Part shown: one piece after another, positions 50,001 to 60,500 of the stretch
Position numbering within the stretch: position 1 is the stretch's first letter
Layout: every line of letters begins with the position of its first letter
DNA from: a virus
Reading direction: 5' to 3' (one strand)
DNA length: 64,000 nt
Virus record (IMG/VR): IMGVR_UViG_3300031688_000003
Span: 1 to 64,000 of that record
Program-made: the position numbers and the translations under genes
Notes under the pieces: model-generated
Database searches by the model: none
The model's input: the letters and a program-made list of their open reading frames with translations, nothing else
Told to the model about the DNA's origin: nothing

Positions 50001-53000
50001 GGGGCAACTAGCTCAGGGATTGCAGCTCATTATTGTGCAATGAAGTATAATATAGATAATCAATATGGTCAACTAGAAGATATAAAACAAATACCTATTA
50101 GAGGATGCGTTGAATTTTTTGAAGACCAAATATTACTAGATGCAAGTGGTAACCCAATTATAAATAACTTAATAAGATTTAATTCTAAACCATTATTTGG
50201 TGGTGACTGCTATGTAAATAGATATACAGAGAAAGCTATTATGCCATTCTTCTGGGACTATTTAGCTGAAAATGAAAAAGATGGATTTGTATGGGATTAT
50301 AGATTATATCCTAATGTACCGTTTCCAACATATTGGATGAATACTGAAAAGTATAGACTTGATGAATTAACAAAACAGTTAGGTGGTGTTAATTTCGCTT
50401 TTGCAATAGCTTCAGGTTTTAATGGTGCCTTCCCTAATGATTATTATTACATGGATAGAGATCCAGCATCATGTAGTGGAGGTGGTTTATTTAGTAGCTT
50501 TAATGATGCAACAAATAGTAATCCAGGTTCATTATTTACTATACATGATGCATACATGTATCTTCACTGTAATGGAATTAATGATTTCTTTGTTGAGTCA
50601 GAATTAAATTTAGCTCAAAGAGATTGGGGGGAAGATATTGAAAAAAGACATTATGATAGTTTAACCTTTTCTGCATTGACAGATCTATTTCATGTAGATG
50701 GAATAAAGAAGGGTAATTATTATAAGTATGATAAGTCATTAAGTATTGAACAAAACTATAGTAGGACATTATCATGGGGGTTCATCCAGCCTAGATCATA
50801 TGATCCTACAGTAGCTGAAAAATGTTATATAACATGGAATAAAAGACTTGTGTATTCATTACAAGCTAAGAAAGAGGCTAAGAAGGATTTCTGGAGAGTC
50901 TTCCTTCCATTAAATTATAAAGAATTTAAGGACTCAGTTAATACTATTAAACCAATTAGCAAGACTGGTGCCATTGTATTATTTCCAAAACTTTCTCCAC
51001 AAATATTTACAGGTAATGATGAACTAACTACAGATGCTGGAACTAAAGTTGTTCTTGGTGATGGAGGATTATTTGCTGAAAGAAACTGGAGGGATATAGT
51101 AAACTCAGATATATCTCATGAATATGGATCATCTGAAAGTTCAAGAGCAGTGTTAAATACACCAATGGGATTATTTTTCATATCTCAAGAACAAGGAAAG
51201 ATATTTCAAACAGAAGGTAATTCACTAATCAATATTACTAATACAGGAATGAAGTGGTGGTTTAATAAATACTTACCATCACAACTATTAGCAACGTTCC
51301 CTGATGCTGAAGCATGTCCACAGATGATTGATAATCCAGTAGTATCTGCTGGTTGTCAAACTGTATATGATACAAACAATGATATTGTTTATTTTTCAAA
51401 AAGAGATTTTGCAGTAACTAATGCATTTGCAAATCAGTCAAACAACTGTATAGAGTATGTTCCATGTGAAGGGTTTTATCTAAATGAAACAATATGTAAC
51501 GGTGCATCACAAATAGTAACATGTCCAGATGGATATACTTATAATTCTGTTTCAGAAATGTGCGAGTTGATTACTTATGATTTACCTTTTGGACCACCAG
51601 CACCTGCATGTAAATTAGATATTGTTCTTTCTATTGATGCTTCATACTCAGTACCTTTACAATCTAATGTTAATAGCATGAGGTTAATTGTTCAAGGTAT
51701 TTTAGATGTGTTTGATAATGCTATGTCATTAGGTGATACACAAATAGGTATTATGGCTTGGGGAACTAGAGCATATGATGAAGGATCATTTAATGCTACT
51801 GCAATTGCATGTAATGGATTAAGAGCACCTGTAGCATTAACTTTTAACCCAAACTTATTAAATCAAACTACAGGTTTCATGAGTGAGTATACTTGTGCTT
51901 CTGGTACTTCAGCTTGTTGTCCAGGTGTACCTTGTGGTGGTAATGATTGTAATGTTACTGGGGGTACAGGATATGGAGATGCAGTATGGTCAGGTACAAA
52001 CTGGTTATTTAATCCTACACCAGGACCAGGTGGTACAGGTGCAAGACCTAATGTACCTAAAAAATTAATAATATTAAATGATGGTTGGGATGCAACATCA
52101 ACTGGTTGGGGTGGTACTAATCCAGATTCTACTGGAGCAGATAGAGCACTTACAAGACCTAATTATATAAACCTAGGTCAAACTTCTTCATTTGTAGCAA
52201 CACCAACAACACCTCCTATGGTAGCAACAGCTCCTGATACAGGTGTTGTAGGTAACATAAGTGCTGCACAACCTGATAACTTAGTTCAGTGGATACAAAC
52301 TAATATTCATGCAAATGCACAATATCAAGATCCTACTAATTCAAACTTTCTAGGTCAGTTAGAAATAATCCCTGGATGGTTAAAAAATAACAATACTCCA
52401 ACTGCAGCTGAAGAAGCTTATGCACAAAGTATTGCTGGATATGATGCTATAACAGGAGATCCTAATCCATATATGGCTGGTGACTTTCAAGCAGCTAATG
52501 TACAAGGTATTATAAATGACTTAGTTGAAAAAATATGTCCAGGTATTTTACCAAATTGTCCATCTGGTTGTACACCAGTTATACAAGGAGGTGTACCAAT
52601 GTGTGAATGTATAGATGAAGTTCCTGCTACATATGAAGATGTATTAACTTATATACCTTACCAATTAGAGAATCCTACATACTTCCAAGATGTTTCATGG
52701 ACAGTTAGTTATGATCCTAAAGCAAAAGCATGGATCTCATTTCATGATTGGCATCCTGAATTAGCATTCAATAGTATCAATCATTTCATGACATCTAAAA
52801 CAACAACAACTGAAATCCCACAATGTCCTCCTGGATATTCATTTAATAGTACTTTAGATGAATGTTGTATCACAGTAGCAGGATCTGATCCAGCATTTGT
52901 TGAAGTAAAATATATTCCATCAGATACAACTGTAGTAGATTCAGTCCAAACTGCTTTTTCAGTAGATACAGATATTGCATTAGTAATGGATGTATCTGGA

Positions 53001-54599
53001 TCAACTGCTCTACCTGGATGTATAATACCTTTCCCTACTAATTGTACATTTGGTGTACTTAGTGCACAAGTAGATTTTTGTACAGCATTTGTAAATGTTA
53101 TGTCTCCTGGTATGGCATCTGGAACTAACAATGTAAGAATTGGATTTGGAGTATGGGATAATGCAAATAGTGCTCAGGTAACAGGTTTAACAAGTAATGA
53201 TTCTACTCTAATAGATCCTATAGCAGGTTCAATAAGCACCTATGATGAAACGTCTGCTTCATATACAGCAGGAGGTACTAATTATGAAACAGCTGTATTA
53301 AGAGCAAGAGCAATGTTATCTGGATCAACAGCAACAAAAAAAGTTGTAATAATAATTACAGATACACAAAATAATACATGTGCTGCGTCCCCTCCAAATA
53401 ATATTTCTGCTGATTTATGGACTTGGAATGCAGCAGGTGGTGGTGATGTTGATACAATTGCTGTATTTGCTGATACTGTTGCTCCTGCAAATAATGGATG
53501 GTGGACTAATTTAAATTGTTTAGTTCAACTTGGTACTGCTGCACAAAGTATTGGTAATGATGCATTTGCAGTTGATTCTTCAAATTATGGAGATGTTGCA
53601 GTTAGTGTTATGAATTCACTTATTAGTTGTGATTGTCCAGTAAATACAGTTCCAGATATACCATCTATTCTTTGTAGTCCTGATCCTGGTGACCCATTAC
53701 CACAATGTGTATCATGTGAATGTCCAGCTGGATATACGCAAGTACCTGTTAATCAAGTTTGTAATTCATTAAATCCACCAACATGTAAGAAGGTAGATTG
53801 TAATTGTCCACCTATACCTGTATTAGATCCTTCATTAGCTACTACTTGGTTTGAGGCTGGAACACAATGTGATGATTTATTTTTAGTTGATACACCTGGT
53901 TATGTAAATCCAAATCCACTTATATGTAATTGGGAATATAAACAATGTGTACCTGCAAATTATACAGTTGGTGGTATGTGGAAACACAATGTAAGAAATG
54001 ATCTGTTTGTAAACTATTATGGAGAAGATTTCCCTTGGGAAGTTACACTAATAGAAAACACTGGTCAAGTTGTCAATACTCTAAGAAGTATAGAGTACCA
54101 ACAAGAATCATATGTATATAAGAATTTTAACTTACCACGTCCTCAGCAGCTTATAGGTACAGATAGATTCCATGATTTAGATTGGAACTTTGATGAAACA
54201 ATAATATATAATTCAGAACAGGTATCAGGATTATTAACTCTTGATCTTACTCCTAAGAATAATATTGTTTTACTTAATCAGTATCCTATAATTAATAATC
54301 CAACTGATATACAAATCCTATATTCTAAAGAAGAACAGAAATATAGATTTAATCAGTTCTGGGATATTACAGATGATAGAGGTGAGTTCACTGGAGTTGA
54401 AAGACCTATATGGATAACAACATTAAATGGGTATATTAAAAACTTAAATCAAGCAAATCTTAATTATATTAAAGCACCTTTGCAGCGTAAGAAGTTTAGA
54501 CATTACTATAATATGATTGTATTAAGAAAGAACGTATCAGGAGACAGAAAGATGTTACTTAAATTAAATAATACTAAAATGAATATATCATTTAGATAA
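47034..54599 (+). CDS. tail stabilisation/muzzle protein (P22 gp10-like) with two vWA insertions
   Basis: N-terminal FMKGMIKD...HAINVIN, propeller-type body, C-terminal KKFRHYY; MIDAS-like IDASYS and MDVSGS. Confidence 0.75.
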   Translation: MAKKQTPNPSLPQQTSSTESNLFMKGMIKDTFPSISGKEVWEHAINVINNSIDGDTGVIGNEPANFECAEIPYTIIGSIHIYGDHWAIFSTDDFSSEIGTFDDSKCEYTRLINDQCLNFNREHLIIGAAKENFECKYQIYWDDSVNPSRTLTLEDPPYLRIEVSGPSLNGAPCSIYENIQPLTLDCERIRLAPLIDTPCLDLQKAPEGGSLRNGMYQAFIAYTINEQVYGDFIGISNQQSLFEHDDSAGSLILTLSHLDKNFDNYKLVILGNNQEEFKFSEVGEYSTEQTTIKLDYLDQKLKSVPTEYMNKLTPALEKSKGMFVVNDYLVRTQPTNQFDFNYQPLANRIACNWTSVEYPADYYYNGGNKPTFLRDERYAFFIRFIYNTGERSSSYHIPGRAATYYSGSGVSMLETDVIPGDPNALDPTDQIFKVHNTAFVSQLNVNTVQPDGGILRTRGEMGYWESTELYPQDAVRWGDLCGMPIRHHKMPDENTANNGTTDRATPGGTGIYNIAVEFTGIPWPRDNAGNLIPNIVGYEFLVGSREGHKSILGKGILKNMEQYIPSDPSASDGSTSFFIPNYPYNDLTSDPYIKGPGGGGSVGYDSWSGLGYEDWLQGCDNPTGPYNRYSNSVFTFHSPDLMFNRPFLNAYELKSYGVISGTQTGRFKPSEKHPGEKLLRNSTAVLAAFIGVGYAIYAMRGSTDQKMTTGRVLDMGYREEGEITKRSGNNGTFSGGGAWTNLAGSSYNTGTWTGAGGGKGTFNASAPNNDRWQWTSANQISAANRANSPGTGTYDTAANGLFLGLGGITGGAASNKAGAVTWQAAQATNWQGQAGSIGPGQEIVQKGTKFSNKPFWMGLISGAQEFMNFVSTGGQEIIDLIYNLTSFKQYVYKYNSHGWYRNMSANPNGSIFRHSVNKSRYLNGAISQLTPSIRINNLNRPLTVAVELETNGNVDVNGLPTSSLPLPTGDNSKYTIGTAPGQCDWTNPGGATSSGIAAHYCAMKYNIDNQYGQLEDIKQIPIRGCVEFFEDQILLDASGNPIINNLIRFNSKPLFGGDCYVNRYTEKAIMPFFWDYLAENEKDGFVWDYRLYPNVPFPTYWMNTEKYRLDELTKQLGGVNFAFAIASGFNGAFPNDYYYMDRDPASCSGGGLFSSFNDATNSNPGSLFTIHDAYMYLHCNGINDFFVESELNLAQRDWGEDIEKRHYDSLTFSALTDLFHVDGIKKGNYYKYDKSLSIEQNYSRTLSWGFIQPRSYDPTVAEKCYITWNKRLVYSLQAKKEAKKDFWRVFLPLNYKEFKDSVNTIKPISKTGAIVLFPKLSPQIFTGNDELTTDAGTKVVLGDGGLFAERNWRDIVNSDISHEYGSSESSRAVLNTPMGLFFISQEQGKIFQTEGNSLINITNTGMKWWFNKYLPSQLLATFPDAEACPQMIDNPVVSAGCQTVYDTNNDIVYFSKRDFAVTNAFANQSNNCIEYVPCEGFYLNETICNGASQIVTCPDGYTYNSVSEMCELITYDLPFGPPAPACKLDIVLSIDASYSVPLQSNVNSMRLIVQGILDVFDNAMSLGDTQIGIMAWGTRAYDEGSFNATAIACNGLRAPVALTFNPNLLNQTTGFMSEYTCASGTSACCPGVPCGGNDCNVTGGTGYGDAVWSGTNWLFNPTPGPGGTGARPNVPKKLIILNDGWDATSTGWGGTNPDSTGADRALTRPNYINLGQTSSFVATPTTPPMVATAPDTGVVGNISAAQPDNLVQWIQTNIHANAQYQDPTNSNFLGQLEIIPGWLKNNNTPTAAEEAYAQSIAGYDAITGDPNPYMAGDFQAANVQGIINDLVEKICPGILPNCPSGCTPVIQGGVPMCECIDEVPATYEDVLTYIPYQLENPTYFQDVSWTVSYDPKAKAWISFHDWHPELAFNSINHFMTSKTTTTEIPQCPPGYSFNSTLDECCITVAGSDPAFVEVKYIPSDTTVVDSVQTAFSVDTDIALVMDVSGSTALPGCIIPFPTNCTFGVLSAQVDFCTAFVNVMSPGMASGTNNVRIGFGVWDNANSAQVTGLTSNDSTLIDPIAGSISTYDETSASYTAGGTNYETAVLRARAMLSGSTATKKVVIIITDTQNNTCAASPPNNISADLWTWNAAGGGDVDTIAVFADTVAPANNGWWTNLNCLVQLGTAAQSIGNDAFAVDSSNYGDVAVSVMNSLISCDCPVNTVPDIPSILCSPDPGDPLPQCVSCECPAGYTQVPVNQVCNSLNPPTCKKVDCNCPPIPVLDPSLATTWFEAGTQCDDLFLVDTPGYVNPNPLICNWEYKQCVPANYTVGGMWKHNVRNDLFVNYYGEDFPWEVTLIENTGQVVNTLRSIEYQQESYVYKNFNLPRPQQLIGTDRFHDLDWNFDETIIYNSEQVSGLLTLDLTPKNNIVLLNQYPIINNPTDIQILYSKEEQKYRFNQFWDITDDRGEFTGVERPIWITTLNGYIKNLNQANLNYIKAPLQRKKFRHYYNMIVLRKNVSGDRKMLLKLNNTKMNISFR

Positions 54600-57500
54600 T
54601 GGCATATAGTATAGACGGATATAAAAGAGATAGTAAGGATGTAAAGAAACCTTCCAACTTGATACCTTCAGGTAACATTACTATGAAGGGTGTAGACTTT
54701 CCTGTGATGGGTACAGACAATCTTGGTAATCAACAACTTATGCAACCTGGTCTTGATTATCAATTTCCTGGTAGTGAAGTCTTTGAACAACCTATGCAAA
54801 ATCTAACGCAAGATAAACCTAAGAATCAAGTAAAGAAAAGGAAAGTAGATAGAGATAATAAATTAATCACAAACTGGACTTCAGAAATGGGTGATGTATC
54901 TTCACACAAAATGACTAGTATGTCATTTACTGATGATGATGGTAATCCAATATATGTTGCTATTCCAATGTTGTTTCCTACTATTGAAGGACAAGAAACT
55001 CCTGATCCAGCATCATGGACTCAATTTGCAGAAGGTGATGAGATGTCTGCTTTTGAAATGGCTATGCAAAGAGGTGAAGTGTATTACTTTAATTCTGAAC
55101 AAGAATCACATAAGTTTGCTAAAGGTTCTTGGAAAACTCCAAACTTAAAGAAAAGAGATGGTGGTTTAATAAAGCATCAAGACATAGGGTCTAACAATCA
55201 TATTATAAATAATAGAGACTTAAGTGACCCTAATAGGAAGTTTATGAAGCCTACAATAAACTTAAGTAATTATGATGAGCTAGAAGAAACATTAGGAGAT
55301 ACGTCTTGGGTGGACATAATGTCAAAAATGTCTGAGGAAGAGTTTAACAATTTTGTTGCACCTTATAGTAAAAGAACAGATAGTTTAAACAATCTTAAAA
55401 GGTTTACAGGTGATGAGAGATGGTGGGCTGGTAATCTTGCTAATGTTATTTCTGATGAAGAATATGCAAAGGCAAATGAAAATCGTAAATGGACAAGAGA
55501 CAACCATAGAAAAGGGAACCTTCCTAATTATAGTGAAGTGGCACCACTTGGAAAATCTACAGAAGATGTATTTTATGATGCTGAAAAAGCTTACTATAAT
55601 ACACCAGTACACACTAAAGAAGAACTTAATGCTGACTTTGATACTGCTTATCCTTATACATTTAATTCAGTTGCTGGAACGGATCCTTTAAATAAGATAC
55701 CATGGAAGAATGAGATGAAGGATGATCCAGAAAAGTGGGAGGGTTCGTGGTCTGATTATATAAGAAGTACAGATATACAACCTGACTATTATGAAATAGG
55801 GGACATAACCCTTGCTGAAGAAAGTAATCCATTTCATTTTGTATATGACGGTGGAGATCAAGATGGAGAGACAGTTAATACAGCAGTTCCAGATAAAGGG
55901 ATAAAAGATATACAAGATGTACGTAGTCATGATGAATATATGAAATGGTATGATCATCATAAAAAGAGCGGTGTTCTTAATAATAAATCTAAAAAAGATA
56001 TGGATTATTGGGAAGCTTTAACTGATAAAGATAATAATGTATGGACATCTAACTTTAAATATACAGATGCATCACCAAGATATAAGGAACTAGATTTCCT
56101 TGAAAACCCTAATATGAATATATCAGATGGGGAAAGAGGGAGATTATCTGATAGATCTGAACAGTCGTTATCAAGATTTGAAACATTAACGGGTAGAGAT
56201 AGAAAGATGTATAATGATAACCATTTAAATGAAATGGAATATTTTAATTCAATTGGTATATTTGAAACTCCTTTAGATAAACCTATTGCCTACTATCCTA
56301 AAGAAGAAAGGATGGAGTTAATGAAAGTATTAAATGATTATGAAAAGAAACAAAATTCTGAAAATACAGCTTGGACAATAGATTATAAAAATTCTGAGTT
56401 TTATGGTAAAGAAAGAACATATAAGTATGGTGGTTCACTTCCAAAAGCTCAATTAAAGCAAGTTAAGAATGCATATGCTTTAACTAAGAGTTTAATTAAA
56501 GGTAAGCAGTTAGGTAAGGTTTTAAATAAATCATTAAAACTTAATGAATTTATTCCTAAAGCATCAAAGGCTCCAATCATACCAAAAAATAAAATAGCTT
56601 ATGTAACTCCTATAAATACAGATGTAAACATAAACATAGGTAATGATATAATATCTAATAACAAAACTGTAAATGCTGATAATAAATTTAGTTTACAATC
56701 AGATGTCTTTAAGAACAAAATACCATTAACAAGAGTATTAAGTTCTAAAGGTTTAAGATTTACGGATGGTAAATTATTTAGTTCAACAGAACCACATACA
56801 CATTATAAATCAGACAGCAGAGGTGAGGAATTTCCTCTTCGTTTAAAATCAACAAATAGAAATACCACACATTGGTCTTATGGTCATATAGGTAATCCTG
56901 GACATGGGGGTGGAAGTTGGTCAAAGAAGTCTACAGCTATCATTAATGATTATGAAAATTTGTCAAAATCTGGACTTGCCCTAGATCTTGATCCAACTGA
57001 TACATGGTTCTATTCTAAAGGTAATTTTGAAATACCTGCTAATTCATTAATCTTGACTAGAGATAAGACGTTATATAAGAAAATAAAAAAAGAAACAAAT
57101 ATTACAAATATAAAACTATTTGAAAATACTAATAATGAAGATTTTGAAAGTATTGTAAACTCATATTCTACAAGAGGAGGAAAAGGAGCATATACTAGAC
57201 CAACGGATGATATGATAAATCCTAAAGATCAGTTTTTTAATGCAGGAGAAGGTGAAATGATAATGAGAGACTATATGATAAAAAACTATAGTAAAGGAGA
57301 TGATGTATCTTTAACACAGACTGCGGATCACTATAAACCTCATCAGTGGCAAGGACATGATTTTGATTGGGTACACCCCTTTACTGGTAAAAAATCAGGT
57401 ATTACAACAATGCATCCAGATTTTGATCATTCTTATATGGATCTTGGAGATCCTTTTGGAGGAGGTCAGAGTAAGGCACACTCTGGTTCTCCATTATCTA

Positions 57501-60500
57501 CTATAGAAAGAATGGAATATAATTGGGGAGATAATATGACAACTAATCATGGATTATACAGTAGTAACAACAGATGGGGCAATGGTGATAGATCAGGAAG
57601 CTTAGATATATTAGCAAAATTACCAAAAACCATACAAGTAAATGAAATGGAGAAGGTAATGAAAACCTATAAAAATCAACGTGAAGGTCTTAGACTTCAA
57701 CAAGAACTAGCAGAATTAAACGGGTTTAAATCATATAAAGAATTCAAGAACTCAATATCAAAACAAGAATGGTTAGATTTTAAGAGAGATGGTGGCTCAC
57801 TAAACAAAGCACAATGGTGGAATCCTAAGAATGCATATGCTTTAGCTAATACTATATCTAAATCATTTAAACCAGCTAAATCACTTCTTCCTAAACCTAG
57901 TTTTAAAAATATAAACTACCAAAAATTATTACCTTTTACTGAATCAGGTTCTACTCTTGTTCCTCAAACCCATATGAGTAGTGGGAAGGAAGGAACTAGT
58001 ATGGATCTATCAGAGACATTAAATTCTATTTATGCTGATAACAAACCTATGTGGTTTGGTCCTACTGCAACAAGTAATAGATATAGAATGACAGATGATA
58101 ATAATAAATTTATTCCAACAATTCCTGGACAAGGTGGACTTTTTCAAGTAGGTTCTGGAAGACTTGGTAATACAGGTAAACCAGGTTTTGATGAAATACC
58201 ATTTACAGAAGCAACAATGCCATTTGGTGGTCTGGCAAATGATGGTTACCACCTTAATCTAGAAACTGGATTGCCTAATTACAATGATCCACTAATGGAT
58301 CACAAACTTTTAACAAAAAATGCTTTTCAAAATAAGATTGATGGTGTTTTTAATCCTAATACTAAGTTTAAAATATTTAAGAGTGACCTCTCCAAAGGTA
58401 ATCATGCAATGCACCAGAAATGGTCAGACAAAGAACTTGCTAAAATTAAAGCAGATGGGTATGATGCTATTCAACTTGTAGATCAAAATGGTAATCAGAT
58501 AGAAAATATATTACTTAATAAAGAAAAGTTTAAGATAAATAAGATCAATGATATGGATGTACACATTGACAATCCTGAATTCAAATATGGTGGATCACTA
58601 CCTAAGGCTCAATGGTACAATCTAAAGAATGCATATAATATCGGTAAGGGTTTAGTAAATACAATAAAGAGTCCTTTTATTAATGATTTAGTGCAAGGTA
58701 GTAATAAACTCTATAGGGGTATAGGACCAGCTGGATATAATAGTGCAGTAAATACTGGTAAGATACTATCAAATGTAAACCCAACTGCAGTAAATGAAGG
58801 TGCTTTTAATTTAACAAAGAACTTTGGAAATAAAACTTTTTTCACTCCTAATGTTGAAACAGCAAGTAAATATGGTGATGGTTATATAGCTGAAATAAAT
58901 AATGATGTTAATGATTTTAGTAATAGATATAATTCAGACTGGAGTCAGTTTACAACTGACCCTGTTTTCTTAAGTCAATCTAACATATATAAAATGAATA
59001 TGTTAGGAAATTATAAAAGAATACTTTCTCAAAATACAGTAGGAGATCATAGTAAAATAAACTTTTTAGATAATGTTAAACTTAGGACAAATTATACATC
59101 TAGTACAGGTTTAGATTATTATGGTCATAGAAATGTTAAACATAATATAAAAGGAGGATGGCCTACACAGTTAGAGGTTGAAAAACTAAAAAAAGATTCA
59201 GGTTTAACACTAACACAAGATAACTTAAGAAGTTATGTAGAAAAGATTGGTAAAGTTGGCGGTGGTAAATATCCTAAAACAACTTTATATAGATATGGTG
59301 ATATGGCTACAAATGCAGCTGGTAATAAAGACATGGGTTACTATTCAGCAGATCCACTTGATCCACTTAGATACAGTGAAAGAGCAGATAGAACTTTTAA
59401 TGGAAGTGTTTTTAAAATTGATGTTGAAAATGAATTACTACCAGAATTTTATAAAGGAATAGGATTTGGTAACCAAGGTAAAGAACCAGGATTTCAATCA
59501 GGAACATTATTTAAAGAATTTGAAGTTCCAGAAGATTTTTTAGGTAAATTTGGAAATCAACAAACTTTCAAAACTTTATCTGATTATAAAAAATGGCTTA
59601 ATACAGTTAAGCAATCTGGAGGATCATTAACTAAACATCAAGTTCCTAAATTAATTAAAGGTGCATTAGACTTAGGTAAGAAGGTGAAGAATATTATTTC
59701 TCCTAAAAATGTTAACTCAATTATAGATTGGAGTAAAGTCAGTCCTGCAATATTAGCTAATAAAAACTTATTAAGTGAATATGCTGATATAGAAATGGCA
59801 ACTAAAGCAAATGCAACATGGATGAAGAATGATGATGGTACTTCTTTCTGGGGTACACCTCAACAGTTTATTCAAGTAAATAGTGAGGCCTTTAAAAACT
59901 CTTATCCAGAAGGTTATAAAAGAGTATTCAGAGGTGAGTCAGGTACTTTGAAATTAACAGATCCTCTTTATTCAGGAGCTGCAGATATAGAATCAGGTAA
60001 TAAAGGTATATTTACAGCAAATGAAGGTTTAGCTAAACTATATACAAACGATTATAGATTAGGGTCAAATAGTAGTATTCTTCAATTAGCAATACCTAGT
60101 GTTAGTGATGGTAGCAAATACTTAAATATAAACGGTCTAGGTAATGATTGGACAGATCTTAGTTCTATAGGTACTACAAAAAAGACTCTTGAACTAAATA
60201 TAAAGAATTTAGAAAATAACATAAAGAAGGATGCAGAAGGATTTCAATGGGCATCTGGCAGTGGTAGTTTAGAAAGTTATGATGTAAATAAACACTTACA
60301 AAGTTATAAAGATTTTTACAATAACTATGATGAGATAGTTGCTAATCCTATCTATAAGAAATTACTTGAGTTTAAAGAAGCTGCTTGGGAAAATGACAAA
60401 ATTCTTAATGGGGGAAATTTAGCAGGACGACAAAGTTTTGGAACTGGAGATGTAGGTGACTTTATGGAAAAATCAGGTTTAAATAATATAAGATTAAACT

